From NCBI GenBank assembly GCA_020137815.1, contig CM035350.1:2728001-2792000 (forward strand): 64,000 nucleotides of DNA, written 5' to 3'. Shown here piece after piece: positions 25,551 to 52,200 of this stretch (the first letter of the stretch is position 1; every line of letters starts with the position of its first letter). Both the position numbers and the translations under genes were made by a program. Below the pieces are notes generated by a model. That model had not been told where the DNA came from. It did not search any database and saw nothing but the letters and a program-made list of their open reading frames with translations. Source of the DNA: Hormiphora californensis. Its lineage: Eukaryota; Animalia; Ctenophora.

Positions 25551-26773
25551 GAGTCCTTCCATTCGGACCCCTGATCACTAGATGAGGGTGTAATCCCTTT
25601 CTACCACGGCCCATGCAGTGGGGTGACCCCACTCGCATTCTTGACAGATCACGTCATAAAATACCCCCATGACAGGTACCAGTATAGTGCTGACTACCCA
25701 TTCTATGGAGGAGTGTGAAGCACTGTGTAACCGCCTTGCTATCATGGTTAATGGAGCTTTCCGGTGTCTGGGCAGCATTCAGCATCTCAAAAACAAGTAA
25801 TTCAATTGCACCCGTTGGACGCACCAATTACATTGTTATGATGCGTATTACGTACACTATATAATAGGCGGGACGTGAATTCTCGAGAAAATAAGCTGCT
25901 GCAGGTAGCAGTACTATCTATGCCCCCTAGCAGTGCTACCTCCCTATTGTATGACTCACCCCCCAGCAATGCTATAATCCTCCCTCCCTCCAGGTATGGT
26001 GATGGGTACACGGTGACCCTAAAGATGATGGAGGATAGACAGATGGAGTGTGCCGCCTTCATAGAGAAAGTCTTCCCGGGCTCCATCGTCAAGGAGGAGC
26101 ACGTTGGTACGTAGTACTAGTAGTAGTAGCCCCCACCATATAGGTCATGTGGGATTCAAAGAGTGCAGTTATGATATATGGTTAACGACAGCTGGGAACA
26201 GGACAAATCATTTTGAAACCGTTTTGTGACCCCCTCCCTCCTTGTTAGGTTATCTACAGTACCAGTTAAACCCCAAGGAAAGGTGGAGCAGGATATTTGA
26301 AGCGCTGGAGGGCAACAAGGACGCTCTGGGGCTTGAGGATTATGCTGTCAATCAAACTAGTCTGGAGCAGGTAACGTGTAGTCACTGCATTGTTGGACCA
26401 TTAAAAGCTAATGGTTCACTGAATTTGGTCGATGGCCTTTTTTAGCTTTTTTAGCCCCCATTTTCTTTAAAAAAATCAAAATTCTTTTTCTATGTCCTGG
26501 AAAAGGGCACAAAAACCTAAAAAGGCTAAAAAAGCTAAATGTACCCTAATTTTGGCCGATGGCTTAGCTTTTTTAGGGCTGGACCCCCCCCCCCAATTAT
26601 CTCTAACTTTCTCACAGGTATTCCTGAGTTTCGCAAAGGACCAAGTCTCCGAGGATGACAACAAAAAGAACAAGAAAAAGAGTGGATGTTTCGGAAGAAA
26701 AAAGCGATCTTCCGTAAAAGATTCAGAGTTGGGACACAACAGTATTGTTAATGCTAACCCAGCCAGCGTATAA
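6806..26773 (+). CDS. ABCA: ABCA-subfamily full-size ABC lipid transporter (ABCA3/ABCA1-like), ~40 exons; first coding exon not located
   Basis: TM1 [14 protein letters not shown] (6806-6879); [15 protein letters not shown]; [12 protein letters not shown]; NBD1 [42 protein letters not shown]; TTLEEVF; NBD2 [46 protein letters not shown]; QTSLEQVF; stop TAA ends at 26773; GT-AG boundaries phase-compatible where checked. Confidence 0.96.
8340..9199. mobile_element. 860-bp foldback MITE with Merlin-like termini, internal catgag sub-repeats and TTAGGG-like tracts
   Basis: TIR ggtaagtcggaagaacctg...caggttcttccgacttacc; 8-bp TSD gaatcctt (8332-8339 and 9200-9207); near-perfect palindrome. Confidence 0.92.
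12535..12819 (-). CDS. Putative 94-aa single-pass membrane protein nested antisense in an ABCA intron
   Basis: ATG at 12819 (MSSATPSPS...); one hydrophobic segment [21 protein letters not shown]; upstream acceptor-like cattttcag at ~12868. Confidence 0.5.
   Translation of the reverse strand: MSSATPSPSFNSSTFERILRDTADKFYAFTNDPEMVKLIAKVAKLERSDQIVKQALLFIGLSAGLLICIGIGIYAQQGYCFDYDYHRGREEVSE
13879..14086. mobile_element. MITE with GGTAAG terminus and a TTAGGG-like tract
   Basis: TIR ggtaagcggactctagtgctaa/ttagcactagagtcggcctacc; degenerate 8-bp TSD (tcccatat/taccatag). Confidence 0.7.
15885..16633 (+). repeat. ~40-bp tandem array of 19 units, each containing the ABCA 3' splice site plus the first 11 exon nt
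   Basis: cag|gagtcacattg occurs 19 times; only the last copy (exon start 16623) continues into [16 protein letters not shown]. Confidence 0.95.
21048..21202. mobile_element. ~155-bp MITE; second copy at 27484-27643
   Basis: TIR aagtcggattttttgaagttgtcacccc flanked by TA; two near-identical copies. Confidence 0.85.
21205..21530. repeat. Poly-C/ccccactgtaacacc intronic minisatellite
   Basis: Unit actgtaacacc separated by C-runs, about 15 copies. Confidence 0.9.
21677..21788. mobile_element. hAT-like MITE (112 bp); partial copies at ~877-934 and ~15011-15058
   Basis: TIR caggaaccga/tcggttcctg; 8-bp TSD gtcgttac. Confidence 0.88.
22623..23580 (+). repeat. 33-bp tandem array of ~28 units; nearly all contain the last exon codons plus the ABCA 5' splice site
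   Basis: Unit gaatatccttctctttttacccaacttcaa|gtaa; first copy is the end of exon 22562-22653 ([10 protein letters not shown]). Confidence 0.95.
24431..24798. mobile_element. Kolobok-like palindromic MITE (368 bp)
   Basis: TTAA|AGTGAGAGTGGACC...GGTCCACTCTCACT|TTAA; arms ~160 bp. Confidence 0.88.
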
Positions 26774-27785
26774 TAACGGAACACTACGTTGGAAGAATTC
26801 AACATGTTTTAGTATCGTCCAGCGATAATTAGTATAGTTACGTTCTATTAGAACGCCGCTAGTGTTTTACGACACGTGGTAATTAAACCACCTGCCCCCA
26901 CAGTAGAACTCAACAATTTGAGGGATCTGTCGGGGAATTGTAGCAACTTGTTTCGAGGAATTTTACTCGACCCCCGCTCTATTTTAGTCGCACACAAATA
27001 GCTGATCAGATTAAATGATTCTCGTGTAGATTGATTAGCAAATTAAATGTACTGATAAACTGTATATTTAGCTCTAAGTCTAATAAATATTTTTATACAA
27101 TTTGGCAATAAAATCTTAACTGTGAATAGATTTATTACCCTACAGAATACTTTTCAGTTAGATTTATTAGATATACAGAGAGAATTATGTTTATTAATAT
27201 GTTAACAGAGATTATATCGGTGATATGACGTAATAAAGGAATCGGGAAGTGTAAAAAGTGGATTCGATTAATACAAACTCAGTTTGAAACTGCACATGTG
27301 ACCCGTGTAACTAATAAAAGTGATTTAAACTTAGTGAGAACAGTAAGAGTGTATAATTCAAGATTCTATGAGTAACCATATCAGTATATTATCCATCTTT
27401 AGCTGTGTCAACTTTTTAGAATATACTTTAATCAAAAGACCTTATTTTTAGTTTGAAATGATGGTGCCATGCCAGGTGGTCCCTAAAGTCGAATTTTTTG
27501 AAGTTGTCACCTGCACCCCCCTTCTCGTGCGCGGAATGTTTTTGCGCGTCACATCACATGTTAACGTGTGGTGTGCACGTCAAAATTGGTAAATTTCACA
27601 TGCGCTGTCAATTTGGGGTGACAACTTCAAAAAATCCGACTTACTATACGGTATATTAGTATTACCCGCACAGTCAAAATGGAAGTGTAGGCGGATTTTC
27701 CCCGCGCGTTCCACTGGAACAAAGATAAATGGAAATACGTATTTCTCTTGCCTTGTTCTTGTCTGGAACTTCCAGACAAGAACAA

Positions 27786-28866
27786 AATAATACTAACTCG
27801 TGCAGTTGCTAGATGTCTCTTTTACAGGCTCCTCACAATTGACATTTATGACAACTGGTGCTATTGAGTTAGACTCAAGAACACAGCAACTGATGAGTGG
27901 TGAACTCATGTATTTCTACATGTGAGCACCATACATTTGCACACTATAATTAGTGCGACACCGGCATGACTCGGTGAACCCAGGGAGGTGTATTACCGGG
28001 TAAATCCCCGTACCAATCATAGCTTGGTGGACTAGACGACGTGCGCTAGACCAGAATCGAACCCTGGACCTAGCGCGTGGGAGGCCAGTGTGTTACCACT
28101 ATAACACTTGGTGACATTGACACCTAGTGCGTGCGAGATCGAACTCGCACATAGGTGTGCGCTCCGCCCCCTAAAAAAGGGTCGTGTCTTTCAAGCCAAA
28201 TTGCACGTGATCCACTGGACCGATTTGCATCCGGTTTGTCGCAAAAGACTACAAATTGGTCCTAGTTTACTGGAAAATACCCAAGAAGTTTGTCTGTCAA
28301 CAGGAAGTGGGTCAAAATTGACACTAAAGTCAAATATAATCTGGCTTCCGAGCCTTTTTGCACCACTCCCAGACGGTGTAGAATGAATCTGAGGGTATCA
28401 GAAGATAGGTTGAACTCTTGTGAGTACTGGAAAATACCCGGCATTAATAGCTGGTGCTAATTGCATCAACATATCTCCCAATTTGGTGACATTGACACCT
28501 AGTGCGTGCGAGATCGAGGTCGCGCAGCGACCGATATCGAGCTCAATCTTTGTCGCGCACGGTGTCTATGTCACCAATCTCCCAATATCTTCTAAATCGC
28601 ATGGGCGTAGTGCAGAAACTCTTGGAAGCCAGATTATAGGTTTGACTTCAGTGTCAATTTTGACCCACTTCCTGTTGACAGACAAACTTCTCGGGTATTT
28701 CCAGTATATTAGGATCATTTGTAGTCTTTTGCGACAAACCGGATGCAAATCGGTCCAGTGGATCGCGTGCAACATCCCTTTTTTTGAGGCGGAGCAGACA
28801 CCTGTGTGTGAGCTCAATCTTGGTCGCGCACGGTGTCTATGTCACCAACCACTACACCATCCCACC
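27786..28866 (-). mobile_element. tRNA-derived SINE, interrupted at 28108-28848
   Basis: Minus strand: A box tagtggt, B box ggttcgattc, then gtctagtccaccaagctatgattggtac; flanked by direct repeat acaagaacaa. Confidence 0.75.
28108..28848. mobile_element. Foldback MITE with TTGGTGAC termini, containing a 95-bp same-family copy at 28483-28577
   Basis: TIR ttggtgacattgacacc/ggtgtctatgtcaccaa; inner copy has a perfect 9-bp TSD tctcccaat. Confidence 0.88.
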
Positions 28867-29090
28867 GACAAGAACAAGGCAAGAGAAATACGTATTTCCA
28901 TTTATCTTTGTTTTGTAGCATTAAAACAACTTATTTTGCATCACATTCGTTATACAAAGGTAGAACTAATGTAAAATAAAAAGTGTAAGGTATAATGGTA
29001 ATTATCTCGGTCTCCAACAGTAACAGTACAGTTAAAATTCTCAGGAGACGGGTCAACCTTTACCACTTACCGTTAGTGTTACACTTCCAC

Positions 29091-29160
29091 CTGTCTGGCA
29101 TGGCGCCGCCAACCCCATCTGAGAATCAAATTGGGGTCCGGCGCCGCCACTGCCAGACAG
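29091..29160. mobile_element. 70-bp MITE; related copy at ~46876-46938
   Basis: TIR ctgtctggca/tgccagacag; TSD acttccac/acttacac. Confidence 0.7.
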
Positions 29161-29990
29161 ACTTACACTAACACGTGGCAATGGGACATGGGTGACAATA
29201 TAATGGAACTTGAAGACTTGAACTTGAAGACTATCCTTGGTCTAGTAGAAGGCCTTCTACAAAACATACCAAGACACACTGTCTTTTCAATTTCATTTAT
29301 ACCTGACTTACTCTTAGTCAAATTGAAATGTACGACTGCTGATGTAGTCTACATTGTAGATGCCGAATCATTCGGAGACCGAAAATGGGCGTCAAATATC
29401 AAAATCACATTTATATCACATAATAAGTAGAACTATATATAGTCACAACTCACAAATAGTATTACTAATAAGTAATCAAAAACACAGTACACACGTGCTA
29501 CATGTACACAAGATCATTTCGTTCTAAAAAAACGGCCTTCATTCCATCTCTTATCTGCATCAACTTCATTTAGCTTTCTGTGGCAATTAGTATGTATTTC
29601 TAAATGACAGTTGAAAAAATAAATTACTAAGCACCCATCATCTTATTCATCAAAATCGAACAAAACAGTCAATAATAACATAACAGGACGTTATGACTCA
29701 AATGTGACTATCTTTGTCTTCTTGTTCGAAAAACAATGGTATGAACTTGTCTAGCGGCATGTCGACCCGAAAAAACGCCGCCAGACTCATAATTGAGTAG
29801 GGGTGGTACGAACAAAACAAATGATTAGTATAGGTACTTCGACCCTTCTCTGCCCAAGCATCTGATAGCATTTGAATTAGGGCCACCCTACACATGCAAA
29901 CAATAATACACATACACATTTACACACAGACACACCTCCTCCTTGACATAAACTCAGGTAGGAATATTAAAATTGATGACGTGTCATACA

Positions 29991-44158
<14,168 letters not shown>

Positions 44159-44935
44159 TTTATTTGTCAGTCAGTAAACTGGGTATATGCAGGAGGTTGT
44201 GCGTTGGTTTTATCTGTCAGTCAGTAGGGGGTTTGTCTGTCAGTGGAAATATCCGTTCTTGTTGTTATGAGGCGTTGGTTTTACTGTTGTCACATGGCTA
44301 CAAACTCTACACTAAGAAATGGTGAGATGGTTATAGATGGTTGTAGAATATATGTATCGTGGTCGTATACAGGGTATATGTCCCAAGTATCACAACACTC
44401 GGCCCTATATACATAGTTGGTTATTCGGAGAAAGACCAATATGGAGAAAATGTAGAACCCATGGCTGAGTTGTAATGTTTGTTGTAGTTGTGGGGCCTGC
44501 GGGCAATCAGTGTCATCCTCTCTCTCTAGTCATGTTATTAAATCACTATCTGGTATCCTTTTTTGAGCAGGTGTGAGTATAGCGTGTTTAAAATTATATC
44601 TACAGGTTTATGGGACCAGTTATTCCCCCAGTTTTTATAAGTCCAGTTAATTTGGTTTTCCATATATATTGTCTTTTTCAACCAGAGTTGTTCGTGTGCG
44701 ATATTTATACTCTAGGATATACCGCTCTGATGACTCGTCGGAACATCGCCAATATTTTGACATGTTTCCGTCGGGTATGGGCGGTATATAAGTGCGGAAT
44801 ATTATTATTATTATTATTATATCGTACTATCATGAAAATCACAGCACTATCGGAATCAAGGTTTTGGAGTTACTTGATCATACAACACTAGCGAGTGAGG
44901 ATTTTTGACAATCCACACCTTCGGGTGGTTCTTTT

Positions 44936-46540
44936 TGCTTGTCCATTTGACGCCAATTTTATGGTTGCCATGGCAACTGAATCAGTAACTAATAAGGACT
45001 GAAAAGATGTTAAAATTTGTTCGAAAATATTCACAAACGTCCAGAAGAGTAAAAATCAGTTTTCAGCTTTGGGCACAAACAAAAAATTATGAAGGAGTAC
45101 TGGGTACCGTTGCTTACCAACATGCTGTACGAACGACTTTCCAAATTATTATAGAGTCGACGCCGTTGATTCAGCACGTTGATAAGCAACACTGCTCCTT
45201 CATCAACACATTTTTTGCGCTCAATCAAGTAAGGCTGATTTTTGGGGCATTAAGCTGCAGCGTACCAAGTCTCATACCACCCGGGTATAAACGGCATAGC
45301 CTGGAACCCTCCGTACGAACTCCCTTGAAGATTCAAGGCCCTTCGCTTGTGGTATGTCTGTCTTGGTCGGTTTGATAAAAACTGATCATAATAATACATA
45401 TGATTCAATAATTACTCATGGTTTAAACTTCTGGAACATTTGAGAGAATTCAATTAATATGTCGTGATTACTGTTTAATAGCCCAACTGGTCATTCCGAA
45501 AAATCAGATACAAACACATTAATGTGCTGCACTGTATATGAGTTACTCCAACCCTCCAGTTTCAATGCTTGTTTAACGAAGGAAGTAACCAAGCGATCCA
45601 CTGGATTCGCCCTGTTTAATACGCCTAACTGGTTAGAAAGCAAGAACCCTGTTTAAACACAAGGATTGTTGCTGTTCGAGATATCCGATATAAAGATAGT
45701 GCTAATACATCAGTACTGTGGGAATATGATATGCGCCTAGATATATCGAATCCAGTGGATCGCTTGGTTACTTCCTTCGTTAAACAAGCATTGAAACTGG
45801 AGGGTTGGAGTAACTCATATACAGTGCAGCACATTAATGTGTTTGTATCTGATTTTTCGGAATGACCAGTTGGGCTATTAAACAGTAATCACGACATATT
45901 AATTGAATTCGTGATCCTCGGATCAACTGCACGAAATCAGTGATGGCACCTCGTACCGTTGAACGGTCGATTGATTCAATAACCTGTTGTTCAGGCTTGA
46001 TCAATATCATGTGTGTGGGTGATGTGTGTGTGTGATGTCCCTGCAGCATAGTGCATAATACTACGGTTAATGTAGTACATTATCATCATTTGAGAGAATC
46101 TTGGTCCGTTTAAAGTGAGAGAGAACAGCAGGGATTTTTACAAAAAGTTATCTGGATACTCCTTGATGGCTAACTAAAACTTTAGTGAAAACCGCATGTC
46201 TCTAGCATGTTTTTGAAAATCGAGCTAACACATGCGAGACGCACCATAATGGGCCCATAATGGGCGTAAATTCATATTGTACACCCATTATGGGCCCATT
46301 ATGGTGCGTCTCGCATGTGTTAGCTCGATTTTCAAAAACATGCTAGAGACATGCGGTATTCACTAAAGTTTTAGTTAGCCACCAAGGAGTATCCAGATAT
46401 CTTTTTGTGAAAATCCCTGCTGTTCTCTCTGACTTGTCACTCTGCTGGAAATTTTAGAACTCATTTTTGCGATAAATTCTCTACAATTACCGCTTCAGTT
46501 GCCATGGCAACCATAAAATTGGTGTCAAATGGGCAGAAAA
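44936..46540. mobile_element. Composite repeat: outer inverted repeat enclosing a palindrome (45446-45910) and a Kolobok-like MITE (46114-46434)
   Basis: ccatttgacgccaattttatggttgccatggcaactgaa vs its reverse complement at ~46495-46535; inner arms ~164 bp; TTAA|AGTGAGAG terminus matches the 24431 element. Confidence 0.75.
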
Positions 46541-47289
46541 AGGGTTCAGCACATGCTTGAGGCGCACTAGTAGAGATATATGGTATGTGGGACTTAAAGG
46601 AGAGATAGAGCTATAACGGGTAGCCGCAAGATAAGGGAAATACCTAGTTTGTAAAATAACTGACTACTGAGTAAGATTTTTTCTTGTTAGTAAGGTGATA
46701 TAAAAATTGGGTGTCTCGAGAGAGAGTGGGAGGTCGCATTACAGCTCACATACTGTTCATCATATTGGGCAAGCCGCAAGAATGAATATTCTAGATTTTT
46801 TCTCTTAGCCAGGGAGTCCTCATTTTGTCCATCAAGCACATGAACTATAATAATGCGACACCTCCCAATCTAGTCCTGTAGTCGCGGCGCCGTACCCCAA
46901 TTGACAGTGCGCTCAGATGGGGTCGCGGCGCCAGACAGCTCTAGTCTATACCTTGGTGATACAAATGACAGCAAGCAGTTTTTATATCACATTACCTTAG
47001 TAATCTACTAACAAGCAAAAATTTCTTCATTTTGGCCAACAAACTATTAGCCCCATGATACTATATAAAGAACAGTCAAACGATCAATTATTTAGGTCTA
47101 CAGGCAGTTATTTAGGTAAGACTATTTCCCCCAGGACCAGCATCTGTCGTTTATTTGTCGGTATCAGTCAGTTATGTGTGTTTCTCTCACCCCATCAAGA
47201 TAGCGCTTTAGTAGGGGTTCCTCCTCCTTAACCCCAAAATCATTATAACCAGAGGTTTCTTGTCGCTGACGAGCATCTGAAAATATATA

Positions 47290-47446
47290 CAGTCGGACCC
47301 CGATTTACCGGGATGCTCGGGGGAAAGGGTTTTGCCCGGTAAATCGGGGTGTCCGGTATATCGGGGTCAAATACCGTTAATTTCCTAGATCGGGGGAAAT
47401 TTATCCTCCCGGTAAATCGGGGTTCCGGTAAATCGGGTTCCGACTG
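47290..47446. mobile_element. Tc1/pogo-type MITE (same family as 31137 and 36950)
   Basis: TA|cagtcggacccc...ccgactg|TA. Confidence 0.9.
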
Positions 47447-47996
47447 TACTGATGTTGGTAATGAAATTCCCCCTCTGCGCTAGCTCACAATAATAGGGGT
47501 GACTTCGTAACCAAATACTGATGACCTATCAAACAAAATACTGCCTCTATCTAGGCGCCTAAATACTAGTACGAAATGTACTAACTAAATGTTGGAGGCT
47601 GCTCAGTATCTGTGTCACTATGGCCATATCAAATGCAAATCAAAGGGTGTGTGATATATATTGAGATCAGGGGTATGGGATCAAAGGATCAAAGCATCAA
47701 AGGGCAGCCACACAACAAGTTGTACGTGAAACTACCATATGACCATTTTTCTACTAGAAAAGTCTCCAATTGTTCTACCACTGTCAGGCCTATGCTCTAT
47801 AAACCACAGTTCTCTCTCACTTCTCTTTCTTCGCGGTCGCCTATTTGAAACAGTGCTGCTTGCAGTCAAAATATGGTAACGCAAAATACAGTAAGGAGAG
47901 GCGCACGGTGCATAACGTGCGGCAAAAAGTTCATGTGTCAGCACGTACTAGCGCCCTGATTGGTCACGGTTGCACATCGTCTTACTGTATCTATTT

Positions 47997-48253
47997 GCGG
48001 CTGGGTGGTGTAGTGGTAACACACTCGTCTCTCATGCAGAAGGTCCCGGGTTCGGGACCCGACGCAAGCCGTCTAGTTGACCGAGCTATAAATTGGTACA
48101 GCAACTGCTGGAAAGTCACACTCCCTTGCACGTAGGGCTGGTCCCCAGACTGCAAGTATAGTACTTCGGTACGGAGTGGCTTAGGACTTCAATCGGAGAT
48201 AAGCACCGCAGGCATACCCAATGATTGGGAGAGACCTGGACTTTGACTTTTTT
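47997..48253 (+). mobile_element. tRNA(Glu/Gly)-derived SINE
   Basis: ggtggtgtagtggtaacac (A box), ctctca anticodon-like loop, gggttcggga (B box-like); central gtctagttgaccgagctataaattggtac shared with the 27.8-28.9 kb SINE; gacttt tail. Confidence 0.8.
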
Positions 48254-48668
48254 GAATAACAGATCTACCACGGCACACACCTAACAACTCTCAATCGAAG
48301 ATTCTACAACGATAACACTGCATGTATATATACACTATAGTGATCGTGTATACCATATATGGTACCTGACTGGGTTAGACCGGTGGTGAGATGAACTCCC
48401 CATTCTCTGGTTATGTCGTCCCTTCCTAGGGTTGATGCATGGACGGTTCGGGGAGCACTCTGCTGTGTTACCATCAGGTGTGTTACTACTGCTGCTGCAC
48501 CAACCTCCTATCAGGTGTGTTACTACTGCTGCTGCACCAACCTCCTATAATTGTATAAACAATACAATCTATCAGCTGTTATAGATTCATCATGGTGTAA
48601 TGGTGTATCATTAGTGTGCTAGATAGAAGACTTGTGTTAGTGGGGTTTGTAAAAGAGAGAGAGAGGGG

Positions 48669-48781
<113 letters not shown>

Positions 48782-49249
48782 GAGAGACACACACACACAA
48801 AACAAGGAAAATGTCGATGAGTATGCACTACTGTACAGTATACAGTAGTGCATTATATAGAGTGCTGTTATACACTGCATAAATCACGTCATGTACAACA
48901 CGAAGAACATATAATGGGAGGGAGACCTAAAACTGGAAGGAAGAGACCAACACTATATTCCGGAAACAGTTACAAAAATACATTTACACAACGTCTCTAG
49001 AATAAATACAATCACTTACAGGCTGCAGGATATAGGGATGTTAATTGTTCAATGGTACTGTCCTGTTGCATATTTCAACAGCCTACAGTACCAGTCAAAC
49101 AACTTCCCGTTTTCAACACCTAGAAAAATCTTCATTAATTAGACCGAAAATATAAGCCTCTCTTTTACCGTGGGATCACAAATTAGGACCCCACTAGGTA
49201 CTCAGTTCTACTGTGACAAGAAAAGATACTAATTTATGTACTCACAACC

Positions 49250-52200
49250 TTATCCTACCACCGCATGGATGTACTGAACAACATTTTTCAGGTGCTCAAC
49301 TGCAAGTTCATCTGATCCAAAAAGGAACATAAAACCATGACTTGCTCGGCTCTCCTCCACGCACCGCACCCTCACTCCATGCTCCTTCAACCACTCCGCA
49401 TAATGGACCGCCTCATCCCTAATCGCATCACGGGTCAGGGCCAGCACATAGGTATCGGGTAGGTCAGTAGGGTCATCATCAAAGAGAGGGAACGCATAAC
49501 AGTTCCGAAGGTTGTCAGGTGACACGGCCAGCTCCCTTCGAACCAACATTTCAGGGCCCTTCTCAGAAGGGTCTACAACCCGGGACCAGTACGCGGGTAC
49601 ACCCCACATCTTGTCAGGGTATCCAACCGTGTCAAGGAGAGATAGATCCCCTGCGATGTAGTAGGAGACGTACTTGCGGAGGTTGTCCAGATCTTTGTCT
49701 AGGTAGGAGCCCATTAGATAGTTGTAACAACCGAGAACTGGGTAGATCAACACCTGGGAATTGATGTTCAATTTAATTTTTTAAATGGCTCACACAAGTT
49801 GAAATGTTCAGATTATGAACAATACTTATTACACACACACACAGGAGGAGAGCAAAACCAATGCAAAATGATAATTTGTATTGACCTCATTCAAAGTTTA
49901 ACACAATGTAGGAGTGTAATATAAGAACATAAGAATATCTCCTTTATTATTATTCTCTACTGATTTCTATGAGGTAGGGGGAAATAGCCATTATAGTACG
50001 TAGCCCCAGCGTATTTCCCCGCCTATCCTACTTAACAAGGGAAGCAGAATTTACACTAACATCATAGCTCCTGTACATGCAGGTGAGAACAAACTACGTG
50101 CCCGTAAGCCATACAAATCAGCGTGACAACGATATTGAAAATGGATTATGGAAATTGGATTGGAAGTATTCCTCTATACCATTACATTATCATCCATTAT
50201 TTTAAGTTTCTCATACTGTCACTAGTCCCAGTCAAAATTCTATCTGTGAGGGTTCGATAGATCAAGTCATGGCGTCAACGGTCAAACGCACAAATTGACC
50301 CAGCAAGAGAAATCGGGTGTGTGTGAGTGTGTTGGCCGAGTGCGCGCAGCTATCTCCATTCGAAAAGTCTCGCGCGTTACAGAAAGTACGCCCCAGCCAC
50401 ATCTGATCATTCACAGTGCGCCAGATGAGACATGGAGGAGATCTGGGAGTAGCAACTATTTATCCAGCTGGTGGATTAGTTGTAATTGAATCACACATTT
50501 AGTAAGAGTGCACGGTACTTCAAGAAAGGATCAAGACTGTGCTGACACACAGTGTTCATGTGGACATGCTCTATTGATCTTCAAGGGGAATTAGTACGAC
50601 AGGGGGAGCAATGGTTTACTACCATGTCAGTACGGAACTAAACATGGATGGCTACTCGACACCAACGGAATTAGATTAGTCCCATTCAAACAGCAGTAAA
50701 CCCCCCATCGTAACTAAATATATAAGGATCCTGACAATTGTGTCAGTTGTCAGGAACAGTGTTCTTGAGAACTGGCAGACGGAACTAAACAGGATGTCAC
50801 ATAATAACAAAAGGGTCTCAGGAGAGATGTGTATATTCTATCAGTTTGTATCAAATTTCCTGTACCTACTGGGCGCATAATACTACTAGTACACAGGATG
50901 TAGCACGACCTAACACAGGTACCAAAAGGCAGTATTCCGGTCCTACTACCGCGGTAGAAGGGCCGGAATACTGCATTTGGGTACCGGTATACCGGGGTCA
51001 ATCATGTGGCTGTCAAACCGTGGACACAGACATGGCATGTAATACAGGGAGTGACAAATGTTAGCGCAGGGAGGACACAAAAAACACGAGTACTAGTCGA
51101 GTCTAAGTTGTTCAGTTGTTATTTAACCACAAACATGTGAGCCAGCTAGCACAATAAAAGGAGCCAGAGAGAGAGAGAGAGAGAGAGGGGGTAGCTAACT
51201 AAAGAGATACACATCGAGAAGAAGGGTGGAGATAATGGAGACTTTTTTGCTAAAAAGGCGAGGCTAAAACAATTAGTAAAAAGAGATCGGAGATGAGAAA
51301 GAGATCGGACGGAGATGAGAAAGAGATCGGACGAGAAACAATGAACTGTAATTAACCTCATTACACCGAAGGAATGTGTGCAGTACAACACGAAGTTAAC
51401 TAACTGACCTGTGCTTTGATGGGTGGAAACCCATGATTTTCATCACGGTGGATGGCAGATGTTGCGGCTGCAAGGTTTCCACCAGCACTGTCTCCCATCA
51501 GAATAACTTTGCGGGGGTCAATGCCTGGGGAGAGAAATGAGTAACATGAGGGATGGTGTGCGAGGGAGTCCTAGTGACGACACAAACAACTAACAAGTTA
51601 CCCCATTAAAATAGGGCGCATTATCCTCATGAAGAAGAAGATCAACCCTCATCCTATATCATAATACAGAATGTTTGTGGAAGACACGACATTATATACA
51701 ATATGGATTATACAGTGTATACACATTGTAAATTGAGGTATCAAAGTGGGACCGATCAGAAGGCGGTATACAGTGACATCAAAGCAGACCTTGCTCCTCA
51801 AGAACTGCTTCAATTCTACTTGCTGGGTTGACGGAGGGAGACAGTTCACATGGGGGAGGACACGTACAAACTTGTGAAACAAACTGCATTTCCCAATTAC
51901 CCAGTCTCTTGGCGTTGTGCTGGGCCCACTTGACAACATAGTAGGTGTCTTCCAGTGCGGTAGGGAATGGGTGTTCTGGGGGCCGCCGGTAATCGATCGA
52001 GATGGTCACCATGGCGGATTGGTAGCAGATCCAACTGACGGCGGAGTGGTACATACGGGCAGTAAAGGCAACCCATCCACCTGGAACAGAAGTTGATAGC
52101 TAGAACAGGAAGTAGTTTCCTCTTGCTCACACATTTAAAACAGTCCCCAAACAATATATTATTGAGGATTTTGAGAGAGAGAGAGAGATTGGAGTGGCCA

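Larger units (their letters stand above)
27718..28912. mobile_element. Small palindromic MITE split by a SINE and nested foldbacks
   Basis: Arms aacaaagataaatggaaatacgtatttctcttgccttgttcttgtc and its reverse complement at ~28867-28912. Confidence 0.8.

Noticed and set aside
47997-48070. tRNA gene
   Set aside because: Cloverleaf stems are imperfect and the sequence runs into a SINE body and tail
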